This document shows, one piece after another, positions 62,384 to 64,000 of a stretch of 64,000 bases of DNA (position 1 is its first letter; each line of letters begins with the position of its first letter). The notes beneath the pieces were generated by a model. That model did no database searches. It was given only the letters and a program-made list of their open reading frames with translations, and was not told the origin of the DNA. The DNA is from Squalus acanthias (lineage: Eukaryota). Position numbers and translations under genes: made by a program. Where the stretch lies: NCBI GenBank assembly GCA_030390025.1, contig CM059432.1, forward strand, positions 125,054,001 through 125,118,000, read 5' to 3'.

Positions 62384-63199
62384 CATTTAGGAATTTTGAA
62401 CCAGCACATGAAAAATTCTTAGTAGCAATGCTTCATTAAAATCTCACTAGACACTCAATCTTTTAAAGCATTGGACACTGTGGAGATTTTTTATGATTGT
62501 TTGTTTAGCACAGACTGGATGCCCTGTAAGTTAAGGTACCCCAAAATGCTATTTTATTATTTTTGTTTTTCTAACACACTGACGTCAACTGAGAGAATCC
62601 CTGGGTTCTTGGCTAAGTTGCTGTGTAAGAGGAGTCCTGGAGCTATTATTTGTACGAAGTACAACATTTAAAGTATGAAATTGATGCAGCTGGGGGACTG
62701 GGTAGCCCAGTAAATTAAGTTGCAACTCTGGGATGTGACTGACGGGATCAAAAACACTTGTCTGAAAACTCTGGAGCACAAGATAGAAAGGCATTAAGTG
62801 CATGAGACATCTCTAACCTTCAAATGTCATTAGGCACGGTGTCAGCTTGTGAAGATACCCAGTTTTATTTCTCTCCCTCCTTCATCAATCCTAAGTTTCT
62901 TGTTACACACTTCCATTAGCTGTGTAACATTAAGGCCTGGATAACCTGAAATTTCCTCTCGTATCGTCATATCTGAAGCCATTCTCTTCAGCTCCCACCA
63001 GCACTTGTGTGCCTCTGGCATTGATTCCATTAATCTTGATGATAGTCCCTACAGGCTAAGTCTGGAAGTGTGGACTCCACTCCTATTTCTTCCCCTATTA
63101 ATGTGGAAGCTCTATCCACACCTTTATCACCTCAAACCTTGATGTCTTTAATACCTCTCATGTTGGCTTCTCTGTCTTCACTTTCAACAGATTACAACT

Positions 63200-63640
63200 C
63201 ATTCAGAATAGGGTGGCCAATGTGCTTACCCACAGAAAATCCCACTCTCCCAGCATCTCTGTCCTTGCTAAACTCCACTGGTTTCATGAGCTGTATTGAA
63301 TTGACTTCTAGATCCTCATCCTCACTTTTACGTTCCTGCTTTGGCCCAGGTTACCTCAGCAATCTCCAGCCATATATCCCTGCAGACCACCCTCTGCTCC
63401 TTCTCCACTTCAACCATTCTGTCATTACTGGATGTCTTTTAGCCAATACACTCCTGCCCACTTGCGCTCCCTCCTAAATCCCTCCACTTACCCGTCACTC
63501 TCCCTGCTATCAAAGACCTCTGATAACCTTTCTCTTGGACTGGGCTTTTTTTTTTCCTTTTTTCTTCCTGCTCAGCATCTGCTATTTTTCTGAGAGGGCT
63601 TTCTGTATGTGAAGACTGCTATAGAAATGTAAGTTGTCTG
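63200..63640 (+). mobile_element. Decayed L2 3' remnant
   Basis: Degenerate LHW...I..KIL pattern and tail gctatagaaatgtaagttgt. Confidence 0.5.
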
Positions 63641-63742
63641 ATAAACAATACAGTCAATTGAAGTTAATGAAATGACTATCTAATCGCTGTGACTGTCTGA
63701 ACACTATAATCATCTATTGCTAATCTGACAAGAAACAACATA

Positions 63743-64000
63743 GGCAACACGGTGGCATAGTGGTTAGCACTGGTGCCTCACAGCGCCAGAGACCCGGGTT
63801 CGAATCTGACCTCGGGTGACTGTCTGTGTGGAGTTTGCACATTCTCCCCGTGTCTGCGTGGGTTTCCTCCGGGTGCTCCGGTTTCCTCCCACAGTCCAAA
63901 AATGTGTGGGTTAGGTTGATTTGGCTATGATAAATTGACCCTTAGTGTTAGGGGGGATTAAATATGTGGGGTTATGGGGATAGGATGGGATATGTTAGGG
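63743..64000 (+). mobile_element. V-SINE (HE1-like), cut by window end
   Basis: tRNA head and V-domain near-identical to the reverse complement of 24760-24978. Confidence 0.92.

Overview
Eukaryotic, repeat-rich genomic DNA, almost certainly from a cartilaginous fish. The evidence is the HE1-type V-SINEs, SacSINE1-like Deu-SINEs, dense CR1 LINEs and the elasmobranch-type Penelope/hammerhead elements. Two host genes can be reconstructed on the minus strand. FBXO43 (Emi2/XErp1, the meiotic APC/C inhibitor) is complete: 5 phase-compatible coding exons, about 693 aa, 46014 to 29202. The first two coding exons of RGS22 lie at 10315-10276 and 9798-9770 and are invisible in the ORF track. A CpG-rich, probably bidirectional promoter at about 59 kb may belong to the next syntenic gene (POLR2K in mammals; inference only). 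The rest is mostly transposons. A 23/25-bp minisatellite carries a CR1 copy duplicated with a 4629-bp period. There is a four-layer nest (Harbinger < solo LTR < Tx1 < V-SINE), plus solo LTRs, MITEs and several short young insertions carrying minimal hammerhead-ribozyme motifs of two families. There is no CRISPR array or prokaryotic system. The most unusual items are the hammerhead mini-elements, the minisatellite/LINE duplication abutting an RGS22 micro-exon, and an unexplained ~730-bp insert inside a SINE.
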